Part shown: one piece after another, positions 26,801 to 39,706 of the stretch
Position numbering within the stretch: position 1 is the first letter of the stretch
Layout: each line of letters opens with the position of its first letter
NCBI GenBank assembly: GCA_001179505.1
Contig: CDMY01001019.1
Coordinates: 62,001-126,000 of the forward strand
Reading direction: 5' to 3'
Length of the DNA stretch: 64,000 nucleotides
Source of the DNA: Vitrella brassicaformis CCMP3155
Lineage: Eukaryota; Protista; Chromerida
Position numbers and translations under genes: made by a program
Notes under the pieces: model-generated
What the model saw: only the letters and a program-made list of their open reading frames with translations
Databases searched by the model: none
Told to the model about the DNA's origin: nothing

Positions 26801-28128
26801 AGTACATCCGGGAGGTCCCGGGAGCTGGAGGGCATGCAGGCGCCCCCAATGCCGCAGGAGGTGCTGAGTATGATGCAGGCTGGCGCGGCTGGTGGTGGTG
26901 GGGTGGAGAAGGTGGGAGTTGGCGAGTTCTGTGAGGGCATGGATCTGATGACGGCTGATGGGAAAGATAGTACTGGTGACCTGCATACTGCTAGGGGTGG
27001 TGCTGGTGATGGCGATCGGCAGCTGGTGCTGGTGCGGAGGGGGCCAGACGGGCGGCTTTATGGACTGAGGCGCAAAGAGATCATCGACACCGCAAGACGG
27101 TGAGTAAGACGGTCGTCGGTCGGCCAACACATGACACCACAACAGGCAACCAGCACGTGTGTGTGCGCATGTTGTTTGTGTGTGTGTGTTCCACATACAC
27201 AGGGGCCGTATTCCTTTGATAGAATGCGATCCGTCCTCTCTCTTCAAGCTCAAGGGTCTGGGTGACGACATCCGCCTGGTGACCATTTGGGTGACCCTGC
27301 CCTCACAGAAAGACATGGAGGCACGACTCAGGCAACAGGTGGGTATTCAGTCATAGACGTAGAAAGAAAGAAAGAAAGAAAGAAAGACAGGCAGACAGAC
27401 GGACAGACAGGTCGACGAGCACTCCCCTCCCCTTGTGCATCCGCCCACGTCGATCATTGCATCTTCTGTTTGTCAACGCCTGACTGCGTGACTGGCAGGT
27501 GTTCGGCCAGGTCCCAATACAACACGAGACCTTTCCTCCTCCCCACAGTAATCGCACAGACACCGCCAGTAGCAGCAGCCACACAAGAGGCGCAATCGGT
27601 GAGGGCAATGACAACAGTACATCATTAGCATCATTGCGTGGGGTGGGTCAAGAGTTCGAGAGGCGTCGGGAAGAGATGCTGCATGAGGTCCAGGTGGGGC
27701 TGTTGAGCGGGCTGGTCGACTACTACGTGTACAATTCACAGGACAGCTCGACCAATGCGGCAAGGCAGGCAAGAGACTGTGTCGACAACGCACTCACAAA
27801 CACATAGATACTTACGTGGATAGATAGCCCAACGAACCAACCGACAAACAGCCTAATGACGGAGGGAGGGAGGGAGGGATTATGTGTAGGCAGGCAGGAG
27901 GGCAGGCAGCTGTGATGCGACAGACAGAGAGATGTGCTGTGAGTGAGGTGCGATCGGTGCCAACTGAGGTGGAGAGTTTGTGCGCATGTGTGCACACGTG
28001 ATGGGACTTCCGATGTCGAAAGCGCCGGTGCGGGCAATCCACCGTCTTGCATCGATCATGCGCCACGTTCGTTTGGTTGGCACCCCATGTCAGACAGGAA
28101 TCAACATACAGCTGCACCACGGCTTGTA
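23811..28128 (+). CDS. Plastid-type presequence + CGL160/AtpI(UncI)-like membrane domain + degenerate guanylate-kinase-like domain
   Basis: Signal-like LAALVPLICLQSALS-FIP is followed by an R/S/P-rich transit region. DYRVLKEDLIVKAVYSGIAGFVL...ALIFLIGNLFGTAYLGLLEAGTD, RLALPVLL and FFAGIIGFLSYR follow the CGL160 pattern. VAVLSGPICLGRT, LYGLRRKEII..ARRGRIPLIECD, IWVTLPSQKDMEARLRQ and DYYVYN follow the guanylate kinase pattern. The 3' end is approximate. Confidence 0.7.
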
Positions 28129-28379
28129 GACCTCGGCACGCGACAGGCGTGCGACAGGCATGGGCCCTCTGTGCTGTGAGTGTCCTCGAATGTCTTCGTA
28201 AGTTTGTGAAGGTGAGGCCCGAAGTGCTTGTGCGAAACTCACAAACGACGCGAGCCATGACGCGAGCACAAAACACTTCCCCATTCCGCAATGACAGGGC
28301 GTCAGTCGAGCCACATAAGCTTAATTAATTAAGCTCATTCACTCATTCACTCAGTCGTGCCTGGAGCCTCATGTGTGCC

Positions 28380-29009
28380 TGACGGGCGCCCCGAAATCCA
28401 ACTATACCGGGAGCCACCTGCCGGCAGCCTCTGCTGCACGGGCAGCCTCTTCAACGGCGAATAGATCTTGAGGTGTGCCTTACGAACAGTCTCTGCATAG
28501 CAGACAGAAGACACACATCCGTGCATGTGTGTAAGTACCGATCAAGTAGGTTAAAATGCAAACGGCGGGTGGGTATTCTTATCCGTCTGTCCGTCTGTCT
28601 CAGAGTCTAACTCACTTCTGTCCTTGTCCCAGTTGTCGTGTCCAGGGAAGAATTTGATGGTATGGTTGCCATCCTCGTCCGTCTCAGTTGACATGAGGTC
28701 AGCGCCCTTGAACACGTGGCCTGGGCGGCTCTGGAACATCTCGACGATCTTCTGTCTCACACGAGGCAAGGCAAGGACACACACAGGATGAGACACGTAG
28801 TTGTTGCAAACACATCTGAGTCGCTGTGGCTTGCTCCTCCTCACCACGACGTTGGCGGCCATGCACCAGGTCTCCGGACCGTCCGAGCCGACCAGCATCT
28901 TACCAGCCGAGTTGCAGTGTTTGGCTTCGTCTTCTTTTGTCTTCACTGTCTCGCATGTGCCCTCTCCCTTGTCAACCCTCTTGTCATCGTCAGTCGGTCC
29001 GCTGGCCAT
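28380..29009 (-). CDS. Hypothetical protein, multi-exon
   Basis: ORF 28551-29009 with intron-like segments (QKIVEMFQSRPGHVFKGADLMSTETDEDGNHTIKFFPG). No family recognised. Confidence 0.35.
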
Positions 29010-30809
29010 CCGTATCTGTCGTCCGGAGAGACAGCACAGACAGAAACGCTCCCGCGTTAAATCGGACAGTTCCTAGATCACCTCGTCGACGACACAGGTC
29101 TGTTTGTCTGGGCACTTCGGGTCCCACATGTGGCTCCCGTACACGTGTGCCTGTGTGTAGACGACACAGAAGCGTCGTAAGGCCATCGTGCGACGTCTCA
29201 CCGTTTTTTGGTTCCCGTGAATTCGGTGTAGTAGGCTATCATGCTGACTTCGCACGGCTCAGGCTCGAGGTTCTTGCAAGTGGCCAGAGCGACGCAGGAG
29301 GCGAGCACCAGGGCCTTAAGCAGAAGGTTCGACGAACCGCAAACTTACCTTATCCGGAGGGCTCATTCGCAAACTCTCCGACAGTGAGACCGCCCGGCGG
29401 TAGACGACCGATGCCGTCTGTCTGTCTGCCTGTCTGTCAGGCGAGTGTGAGGACGATCTGGAGGGCTACTGTCTGCGGAACCACTTCAAGTGCTACAGAC
29501 TCGTGTATGATCACAAGCGCCTTCTCACCGACGCGATTGGAGAATGCAAGGCAAGTACTGGAGGGAGTCATATCTTGTCGATAAACGCTCAATTTGATTT
29601 CATGACCGCATGGGTGGGTGGATGCATCATTGCGTGCAGGCTGCGGGTGAGAAGTGGGATTCGGATTGCGGCAAGAACAAACCCTGCAAACACCCCCTCG
29701 TGTGCACCAAGCGCAAGAGCTCGGGCGTCACGGTTCGTCACGTCTGCCTCCCCCCTGACAGTGACAAGTGATCGAACCTTAAATCCATCCATTCGGTAGC
29801 CCTGCCAACACACACGTGTGGCCTCTTCGCCTGCCTGCCTTGTTTGACTGGTTGTGTCTGTGCATGTGTGTCTGAGTTTGATGTGCGGCGAGTGGGAGTG
29901 TTTTACCGTCCAAAGCGAGCACACAAGTGTCCCTGTCGCATTGACGATCGCCACACAAAAAGGGAGAGAGGACGTGCACACATGCCCTCCCACAAACACC
30001 ACGCGCGCACAAACAGATATGCTGGACCGTTTGTTTTCCTTTGATTTCTGTCCAGCTGCATGGCGTGTTTTATGCTTTAGGGTGCTTGTGTGGATGACAT
30101 GATGTGGTTTGTGCAGTCTGTTGGCAACCTGTTTGATAGATGGATTCAACACGTTACAAATAGGTGAGACGCCGCGTCTCTTCACCGGGAGGGAGGTTTC
30201 TCACGTAGAACGGGCGACGAAGTTCGTCTAAGCATCAGTTCGTATCAAAGAGTCCAAGGGGACACAACCGTGCAAAGCCGATGAACAACGCTCATTTTTT
30301 TCTGCAAACAAATGCATGTCGCACACTGCAAACAAGCGCGAGACATGCACATCCGTAGACACACAGAAACACGCACATACACACCACATCCAGAACCAGC
30401 CAACCACCTGACAGCCCTCGAGGGGTGGTGTGTTTGAAACCGTAACCCCAAAAAACCCTTCACCCCACCTCGCTTCTCACACTCTCATCCTATCCATCAA
30501 AAACCCTTCACCCCCCATATGTATATACGACACAATCCTCCCTGCAGATGAAGAAAGCTGCGTCTGGTGACGATGATCGTCTCGTGCAGCATCTGTAGCA
30601 GCGAATTCACGAGCACAGGGGAGCTCGAGCCGCGGCAACTTTGATTGAGCTGTGGTACATACAGAGCTGTGGTTGTCAGTGACTGTGAGGGAGGGGGCTG
30701 TGAATGTGTGACCGTGGTTTGTTGAGAAGATAATGTCCCCTGCCCGCGTCAATACACTCAACTACACCCAACCGATCAAGCAGTCCCTCTAATTATCCAT
30801 CCATCGCTC

Positions 30810-31340
30810 ACACACACGCAGCCGCCAGCCGTGGAGCGGCTGCGTGGATGGAGTTTGCGACGAGCCCGCCGTGGAAAGAGGCCCTTCACGATGCCACCGT
30901 AGCGACGCACCTCGTGCGCTGCCCGGGACTTGGCCGCTTTCTGGAAGCAGACGATGCAGGGCTGCTGGTCGCTGAAGTGGAAGCCCTTCTTCTGCCCAAC
31001 GCCCCGCAGCCCGTGGTGGGCCACACGAACGCGCGCCTTTTTGTGCTGCAAAGACCACACAGACGGAGAGACAGAGATGGATTCTGTGTGTGAAGGTTCC
31101 CCTGCACATGTGTATGTCGCGTACCAGTTTGCCCGTGTTGAGTGAGTATCGCTTCCTCTTGCGCGACTGTGGGTTGGCCGGCAGCATCTCCTCGTCCTGG
31201 TCCTTGTCCTTGTCTGGCTGAGCAGGAGTCGGTGGTGGCTTGGGGGTGGGGGGGAGGGGGCAGCAGCGGCACGGGAGTTCGCCGGTCTCGGCGTGGTATG
31301 GATCATAAACTTGTCTCTGTTACGCCGCACCTTCGCCTGC
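30810..31340 (-). CDS. Basic, Pro-rich exons; either the distal tail of the DHHC gene or a separate gene
   Basis: Splice-bounded exons AKVRRNRDKF...EMLPANPQSRKRKRYSLNTGKL and HKKARVRVAHH...RRYGGIVKGLFP. There is an apparent frame slip in the poly-C/G tract near 31245-31260. Confidence 0.35.
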
Positions 31341-31849
31341 GCGACACACACACACACAGCGGACCGCAGAGCTAGGGTAACCCCCCTTTCCACTCGTGCC
31401 TTTCCGTGGTTCTCAGTGTTGACTCCAGGAGTCGAACTGCCGACCCCTCCGCATTCTGCTCAGTACATGTTTGCCCGGATGGGTGACAGAGTTGACAAAA
31501 TGCACGTGTATGTATGTATGATTCATCAATCGGTCTGTCTGTCAAAAACAGCACACAACGACTGACTGACTGACTGATGGGGTCTGCACTGGATCAGCAA
31601 GTAAGGCACATAGCATCCGACAGAAGTACGTGCACGTATACCCACCCACCCCGTCCATCCCATCCCGCCTCGTCCGTGCCTGCACAGCAGCAAAAGCCGT
31701 TCCCTCAAAAAACACTGCTGATCACTATCTCCCTTGTTCCCTCCCAGCGCCCTCATGCGCCGCCACTGGAACTCTTCCCTGAGGACACAAAAGACACACG
31801 TCGTTATGTGCCCTTGCGCATGCATATTGAGTCTTGTGTTATCGCCCGG

Positions 31850-34089
31850 CCCACCTCTGCAGGAGCGCTGCGCTGCTCGGTGTGCGATTGCGTTTGTCTG
31901 AGCCCTTGACGGTCATGCAAAGCCATCGATGGGGCCTCAATCGCGTCGGTCGCGCTGCTCTCTGGCCGCACCCCCGGCGTGGGTATGTCCAGATGCACCG
32001 CCCTCCTGCCGCCACCCGAACGATCATCCTCGCGAATGCGGTCGGCCTCATCTCGAGACGCCACCAGAGGCTCTGGCGGCTGCAGAGCTAACGACTGGTT
32101 CACATCGTGGGCAAAGTGGCCCGCCAGCGACTCGTTGCGACCGACGCGAGTCACGGGCAGATCAGTGGGGAGACGGTCATCGTACGGTTCAAGGGTATTA
32201 TCGCCGGGTATGGGTGGGGCGCCGTTCTGTGTGCGGACAGGGCTCTGTGCGGGTGGTGGAGTGTGTATCTGGAGCTCCAGGAAGGGGCCCGATGGGACGG
32301 CTCGCTGCCCTGGGCCCCTGCTAGGGAAACGGGGTAATGGCGGCTCGCCCTGTGGGGGGTGGGGGGGTTGGTGGGGGTGGCCCTCAGGCTGTGTGCTGCC
32401 GCCCTTCGGCTCGCGACGCCTGGCGCGACTGATCGATCAAACACCACACACAGACAGACAGACAGACAGACTGTTGGTGGGAGTGTGTGTGTGTGTGTGT
32501 TGGTTGTGTCCCATGTGGGTATGTCCGTACCGTTTGTTGAATACGATCCAGTCGAGGCATGTTGACGGGAGCGTCTCGTCCGTCCTGCCCTCAGCCCTGA
32601 GGCCGCCACAACATCCTGCAGACACACAGACAGACAGACAGACAGGCAGACAGACAGATAGGCAGCACCAACACGCATACGCACACAGAAAGAGGTACGT
32701 GAATGCACAGAAGGGAATAGGACCGCCTTTCGTTCTGCTATACATATTACGTCATGGTATAATCAATGATAGATGTCGCCTGCCTACTTTGGAGTTGCTG
32801 CCTCAGGCGTTTTGGGTCCAGGGGTGACGTGTCCGCATAGCCGCCAGCGGCACGCAGAGCCTCCATGCGATTCATCTGGATTGATGCACACAGCACAGGA
32901 CAGCATGCTCGTCGTATGTATGCGTGTTGCCTTGCCAGCCACTCAGGCACTCAGGCGCTCACTGCCTCTCCCTTTGTTTGCTGTGTTGGCTCTCTCCTGT
33001 GAGTGACCTTTTCCTGCATTTGTCTGGACTTGAGTACGATGTACTCGTAGGTGGTGAGGTCGTGCCATATGAGCCAGATGTGCAGCAGCACCAGCTGCAG
33101 CACCAGCACGAGCAGAGGCAAGTTGAAGACGCACACCAGGATTAGCAAGATGTAAAAGGCCACTGCCGAGAACTCCCCGTAAGCCTAGTGACAACACACA
33201 CATACATGCACACACAGAGAGAGGCACCTTGCGGACACGTCCACAGATAGGTAGATAGAAGCTAGATGGGCAGCACACTACCTCGATCCACTCGTCCTCG
33301 ACTTTGTCTGTGAGGAGGTGTTGGCCCAGCAGGCTCGCGGCCGTGGCCACCTCCAGACCAGTAAGCACCACCACAGCCACCACCAGCACCAAAAAGTACC
33401 TGCATACACATACACATCCATCCATCCATCTGTGTGTGTGTGGGTGGGTGGGAGCGGACCAGTAGTTGGCCTTTCCGATGCAGTTGTTGAGCCACTTGCA
33501 GTGGTGGTCAAAGTTGAGGACGCACTTGTTGCAGAGGCGGCAGTGCTTGGACTTCTTGTTGACGTAGCTGCTGCAGGTCCCGCACACGTGGTCGTCCTCG
33601 TTCATGTTGACGCACTCGGGCAGCGCGTAGATGTTCATGTCGGCCGGGTCGATGACGGTGCACATGTACGCCGTGTAAAACACCACTATCGACGTCACCC
33701 CAAACACCAGACCCAGGCCAACCTGGTGGTTTGTTGGACACACAGATCAATCAAGGGACGCATGGACACATGGACCGATTCATCCATTCAGTGCATCCAA
33801 TGACACACACACACAACGACCGACCCACCGACAGCCAGCCAGCCAGACAGCCAGCCAGACAGACGACAGCCAGATAGCCAGACATATAGACAGACAGAAT
33901 GACATAGACAGTGAGTGTCGGTGCACACCTGACCCACCCTACCCCACCCACCTTGGCGGGCAGTTCCAGCAGTGGGATGCAGAAGACGTAGTAGAGAGCG
34001 ACGTCGAGTCCGAAGATGGCCCATGAGGCAATCTGGTAGGGGTGGAATGGCGGCTCCATGCCGTTCTTGCGGTACCACTCCCCATGCAT
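31850..34089 (-). CDS. DHHC-type palmitoyl S-acyltransferase with a long C-terminal tail
   Basis: [17 protein letters not shown]; [41 protein letters not shown]; four TM segments; [16 protein letters not shown] (TTxE motif). The 3' end is uncertain. Confidence 0.93.
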
Positions 34090-34502
34090 ACCCACGCACG
34101 AGCTGCTCGGAGTCCTCAGTCGGGGACAAACAGACAGACAGGCCAACGCTCCGGCCGCACACAGACTGACTGCACAACCGGATCACTCACAAACTGCAAG
34201 GCGCTTCGTTTCGGCGGCGTCGCCTCTCCCAGTGACTCAGCTCTGCGAAGGACAGCTGACGGACTGCACCGATTGGCTCACTTCTTCGGTAATCCACGTG
34301 TGCTTCTGCTCTTGTTTCCTCCCCGCGGCCGCGGCTCCGTCTCCTTTTCTGCTTTCCTCTGCGCGCTTGTTGACCCTTGGCGATCCACGAGACGCAACGC
34401 GCATTGTGCTTGAATTAGGAGCGCAGCTCGGGGCATCGCGTCTGGTGGTGCTGCGAGGTTCAGCCTACCGAAGATCTTGTGTGTCCTGGTCTTGTGTGGT
34501 TG

Positions 34503-35733
34503 ATGGGGAGTGCTGAGAGCACATCGGCGGAGGAGGAGCAGGTGGAGATGGAACTCAAAGACATGGAGCAGGGTACGGTACGCAGGCAGGCAGGCAGGCC
34601 TGTTAGTGCTGTGGGAGGCTCATCGGCCTCACGCTTTTCTCGTTTCTTCCTTCTTGCGTCGCGTCTGACAGGTGTGTTGCAGGATGACAATTTTCCATGG
34701 TTCCACATCGTGCAGTGGTGCAGCGAGGAGGTGTCGTCGGACACCGTGTTCCGCTGGTCGCTGGACGAGGTCCGCGAAAGAGTGCTGCGGCTGACCGACA
34801 GCGTCGAGTCGTTTCTGGAGCAGTGCCCTCCGGCTGACCTACCCGACTTCACACTCGATGACACCACCACATTCGTAGAATGGTATGGTCAGTCAGACAG
34901 ACAGACAGACAGACAGATAGATAGATAGATAGATAGAGGAGGGCAGGGAGAGACAGCGCACGTGTGAGTGTCTGTGTGGTGATGAGTGTAGGGCTGGTGC
35001 GTTGTTGGAGCAGCTGCCGTCGCTCAAGGAGGTGCGGTACCGGCTGGTGCCGTCGAGGATCAAGGAGGAACGCTTCTGGAAACGATACTTCGGAGCCATC
35101 AAAAACATTCTCACACAAGAGGTGCATACGCCTGTCTGTCTGTCTGTCAGCCAGAAAGGCAGAGAGATAGAGAGGGAGATACATACATACCTGCATGGCC
35201 ACAGTGGCCCGCACCGTCCCTGTCTGTGGGTGTCGTGCTGGTCCATCATTGTGTCCATTACTCAGTTGCTGGCCACGCCCACAGCTGAGAAGACCCACGC
35301 GCCGCCCACCCCACTCCCCTTCCCCATCAAGGCCTCCCTGCAGAACGGCCTCCCGCCACGCCCGTCATCCATCGCACCCGACGCAGCACAGCCGCACACG
35401 CACTCGATGAACGGCACCGCCCAGCCTAACGGCGTCCCCCACCAGACCGACGCCCCCTCGCCCCCCTACCATCCTCAGCCCATGATGGCCGCTGCGCCGC
35501 ACCATGCCGCTCCCACGATGCCGTACTACGCGCCCCCCAAGATGGCGAGTGGGGTGGACCCCAGGCAGGGACTACTTTCCGCGGCGACGGCTGCAGCCAT
35601 GTGGGGCGGAATGGGCGGTGGGGGTGGGGGTGGGGGTGGCCACCAACAGCACCCACACCACCACCAGTACCACCAGCAGCGACAACAAGAGCAGCATGGT
35701 GGGATGAACGGCCATGTAGGGAACGGCATATGA
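34503..35733 (+). CDS. BSD-domain protein with a Pro/His/Gln-rich tail
   Basis: LLEQLPSLKEVRYRLVPSRIKEERFWKRYF matches the BSD signature. The N-terminal MGSAES is a possible myristoylation site. Confidence 0.8.
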
Positions 35734-36429
35734 ATGCGTTAGACAGACAGACAGACAGGTGGCGGTAGGTAGACAAACGAACGATGGGTGGGTGGGTGGA
35801 TGAGGCAGCCCAGCCAGGCATGGCATGTAGGTGGGCAGAGCAGGGCAGGGCAGCCGGGGAGCGAGTCGGTTCGGTTGCGGGTATTCATTGATTGGTGTGT
35901 ACAAAAAGAGAGACAAGGAAAGCAATTCGTAGCTAGTGAGGTGTTTGTTCGTAGCAGCAGATCTGATGACGGTGCGGTGCGGTGCGGTGCGGTGCGGCGT
36001 AGTGTGGTGTGGTGTGTTGGTTGGTCACAATGAATGGGTAAAATGGGTAGCCAGCCAGCCAGCCTTGTTTTGACCCGGCGAGGGATATCCCGTGTGCACA
36101 CACACACACATGCCCCCACACATGCACCCGTTGAGAACACCCGTTGAAAACACCCGTTCATCGTGCGTGTATGTATCCCTAGAGATCGATGTCGTGCTCA
36201 TTCAATTAGCGATTTGATTGACTGACTGACTGACTGATCGCCGTGCCGTGCAGTGCATGCTGCGGGTTTCAATAATCGTGAGTGATACGATACCGTCCAA
36301 AGGCTTACCGTCCATTCCTTCATTCAGTCGTACTCTCAGTCCACCCATCCATCCATCCATCCATTCATTCAGCTAGTGACTCAGTCGTCGTCTTGCAGCC
36401 CGACCAACGAAAGAGCACCACACACGGGA

Positions 36430-39400
36430 CTAGCGATAGCTATCGACAGAAGAACCCTCAGTCGTACCGGGCTATCTATCGGTCACTCTGTGTACCTGGG
36501 GCAAATGAGCGAGTCGATCACGTAAGGCAGCCCCGACACGGACACCTCTCGCAGCAAACTGCACACACACACACCGCGGATGCACACATGCCAAATCGTC
36601 CGTGTGCATTGGTTGGTTCCACGTGGGCGAACCGTGGCTGCCCGAGATGGAGGTTTGTGAATTTGGCCACTGTCTCGTGCACCAGTACGTGCGTCTCGGA
36701 ACTCAACACATCGCGACACTCCTCATGGGCCCCCTGAAGATGACACACATACACACAGACAGACCGACAGACATATTCACCCGTCTCGCTGTGCGTGTCT
36801 GGTGTCTCTCTCTCTCTCTCTCTCTGTCTGTCTGACCGTTGTCATTCTGCCCTTGCACCAGTGGGATATGGCCACCATCGACCGCAGCGCACCAACCGTG
36901 AAGTCCCCAAAGCAAGGCGACCCGCCACGAGTTTTCTCTCTTTCGACTGTCTGTGCAGGGGGGAACCTCAGCGCGACCATGGCGGTGGCCAGCTGTGCCG
37001 GGCCGTAAGCCACCCCCCTCTCGCCTGAACACACGTGCACTGGCGTGGCAGCCACATGCCGCCTCGTGTGGCGCAGAAGGCCCCCGACCAAGCGACGCAT
37101 TGCCGGGAGGCATGACGGAGGCAGGAGGGCCCAGGGGTAGGTCAGGTACACCGACAGCACGTTGCAGCAACTGCGGTACGGCAGCACAGGCGTCTCCTGC
37201 TGGAGGTGCTCAAAGGCGATGGCCACATAGACGTAGGGGTCCAGGAAGTCGACTTTCTTCAGAGCCATCAGCAGAGCCACCACACCCAAAGACGTCAGAG
37301 GCCCCTCGGGACTGGCCTGCTCTTGTGGTGGTGCCGCGACGGGTCGTGGAATGATGCCGGTGTAGGGGAGGAGGGCTCTCACAAAGGGGGGGTCCCAAAT
37401 GCGCATGCGCGACCAAGCTGTGAGGAGGTTTGCGGCCATCATGGGCGTGACGTCCGGCAGGAGGTCACGGAAGGGCGGTACGTCACCGGGGCCGGTGAGG
37501 AGGCGCTTCTTGATGGCCATGAGTGCGTGTGCGGCCTCGTCGGCCAGGCGAACATCCTGCGACCCCAGCTGCGACAGCTTGAGTACGAGAGTGGTCATGG
37601 TCACCAGAGAGCACTGGTCGGTGCGGACGTCCCTCTGGATCTTCTGCACCAGCAGCCGCAGGAACTCCGATGTGAGCAGGCGGAACTTGATCAGCGCGCC
37701 GCACAGACGGGCCACTGATGAGGGGTGGAAGGTCGACGGCTGCAGGTCCCCGTTGTTGAGCCGCCACCGACACCGATCAAGGATCCTCCGCAAATGGAAC
37801 TCAGTCGACTCCACCCACTGGTCCTGCTGATGTTCATGCTGCTGGTCGTCATCCCCGTAGTAGCCCTCTTCTGTCGTTTCGGCCCTCTCCCTCCTACTTC
37901 TGTCGTCCTTCATGTCCTTCCACTTGGAAAGGGCGGTGAGCAGATTCGCCATCGCCCCGTCGCGGAAGTGCGCCACGTGCGGCAGCAGCCGCCGGCATGA
38001 CAGGTCGAAGAGCTCGTCATCGCAAACCTCTGCATGGCTGAGGGCGCCCAGTGCGGCAATGATGGACCCCGGCTTGACCTCTCTGCGGTCGATGGCCGCC
38101 TTGAGGGCCGGCAGCAGGGCCTGCACCGCCGACAGGATCTCTGGGCGGCGGAAGAGCCACTTGAGCCGGCTGCCGGCCATCAGCAGCTTGGCGATGTCCT
38201 CGCCCATGATGTCGCATTCACCGCTGACATCAACGTCGTTGGCAAATGCGTCCCCGAGCACCACACCGCCCTTTCGTTTGGGAGGGCTATTGGTCACGCT
38301 GACCTGGAGCAGACGGAAGAACAGCGCGTCGTATTGCGGCCTTGGGAACTCCCAACCCAGACGGGCAAAGCTCATCGCACAGGAGGCCAGCTCGAAGAAG
38401 GGCACCACCGAGCCGTCAGCCTCTTGCCTCGCCATGAGCTCCTGAAAGTCGGCATAGAGCGCCGTTTCGAGCAGCTTGATGACGGCCATGTCCATTCGGG
38501 GCAGCTGGATGGCTGCGTCATGCATCGGCTCACAGGTGTCGTCCTCCTCCTCTCGGCCGTGAGGCATCATGACGGGAGCGTTGAAGTCGACCATGGCGAA
38601 CAGGAGGCAGGAGATGCCCGACAGATGCAGCGCCACGTCACCACATCCGTCTGTCAGCCGGCTGTGCAGGATGGGCACGAGTCGCTGCCATGGCTCGATG
38701 AGGCTCACCCGCGCCCCCACCAGACGCCGCAGCTGACACATGAGGCCCATCAGCACGCCAAGCTTCTTCAGACGCACATCCGACGGTCGGTCAGTCACGG
38801 CCAAAGCAACACACGCCAAGCCGCCCACGGCCGACTCGAGCAAGCGCGAGTCAGCTTTGTCGGCCGCCAGGGAGTCAGTGACACCCTTCTGGTCGTCACG
38901 GCTCGCCCCTCCGCCGCCCTTCCTCCGTTGCCCCCGTTTGTGTGGTGGTGTGAGGCGATCTCTGATGGCATTGCAGGCAATCATCATCGCCCGGGCCGTG
39001 TCGATGAGTAGGTGTGGATGATGCTCACGTACAGAGCGCCTCTTGACCTCCCCGACGACCAGCGAAAAGAGCTCCACTTGCAGCCCCCCACCCAGGGTAG
39101 CGAATGGCTTGTCGTCCTTGGCGAGCAGAAACGCCTTCTGGGCCGCGCTGAAGGGCAGCTGCGGCAAGACCTCCTGCCTCAGCCGCTGCAGGCTCTCCAC
39201 GCCCTCACCAGAAGACTCATCAGATCTACTGCACAAGCCACCAACCTCTACATGGAAGCGCCTCAGCGGCGGCGGGCCCTCGGCACTCATCGAGTCGCTT
39301 CGCGCATCTTGGTCACGAGCTGGTGCTGGTTCAGGGATCTCCATCACCAGCGGTTCGTCGTGAGCGGCATCTTGGCGCGGAATCATCGCTGCTGAAAGAA

Positions 39401-39527
39401 GCCTTCTCCGAAAGATCACATGGCTGCAAAGACGCCTTGACACATGGCTGACCAGCCTCGTTGATTGCATGAGAGAAGCTGACTGAGGACTCCAAAGTTG
39501 ACAAGTGCTGGCGCCGGCTGTTGCCAT
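36430..39527 (-). CDS. Organelle-targeted helical-repeat protein (heptatricopeptide/FASTK-like) with a degenerate RAP-like C-terminus
   Basis: 916-aa exon with an R/S-rich N-terminus. Repeats include IIAALGALSHAEVCD, MANLLTALSKW, VARLCGALIKFRL, AANLLTAWSRMRIWDPPF and VVALLMALKKVDFLDP. Later exons include EVSVSGLPYVIDSLI. Confidence 0.7.
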
Positions 39528-39706
39528 GTTCCGACCAGGCCCGATAGGGTTTCAGGGTAGGGTTAGGTTCCGTCAGAAATTAAAGTACGCCAGAATTGAC
39601 AGCGGCAGCCAACCAGGGCGTGCCCAAATCGCGCTCTTCCCCCCTCTCCCAAAACAGGCCGCCCGCCTTTCCCCCCGTTTGCCTTCGCTTCCCTTCCCTT
39701 GCCGCC
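39528..39706. promoter_or_regulatory. Probable bidirectional promoter/UTR between head-to-head genes
   Basis: Only 179 bp separate the divergent ATGs at 39527(-) and 39707(+). No specific element was identified. Confidence 0.4.

Noticed and set aside
30445-30520. AAAACCCTTCACCCC twice, telomere-like
   Set aside because: It is not a tandem CCCTAAA array, only two dispersed copies.
30860-31040. ApiAP2-like domain (KGFHF...EVRRYGG)
   Set aside because: It lacks the conserved Trp residues and the C-terminal helix, so the similarity is too weak.
36125-36160. 13-bp tandem repeat CACCCGTTGA(G/A)AA, about 2.7 copies
   Set aside because: Short intergenic slippage repeat with no further structure.
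37206-39395. Long plus-strand ORFs opposite the 916-aa gene (and similar antisense ORFs over TM9SF and others)
   Set aside because: These are shadow ORFs expected from GC-rich codon usage on the real strand.
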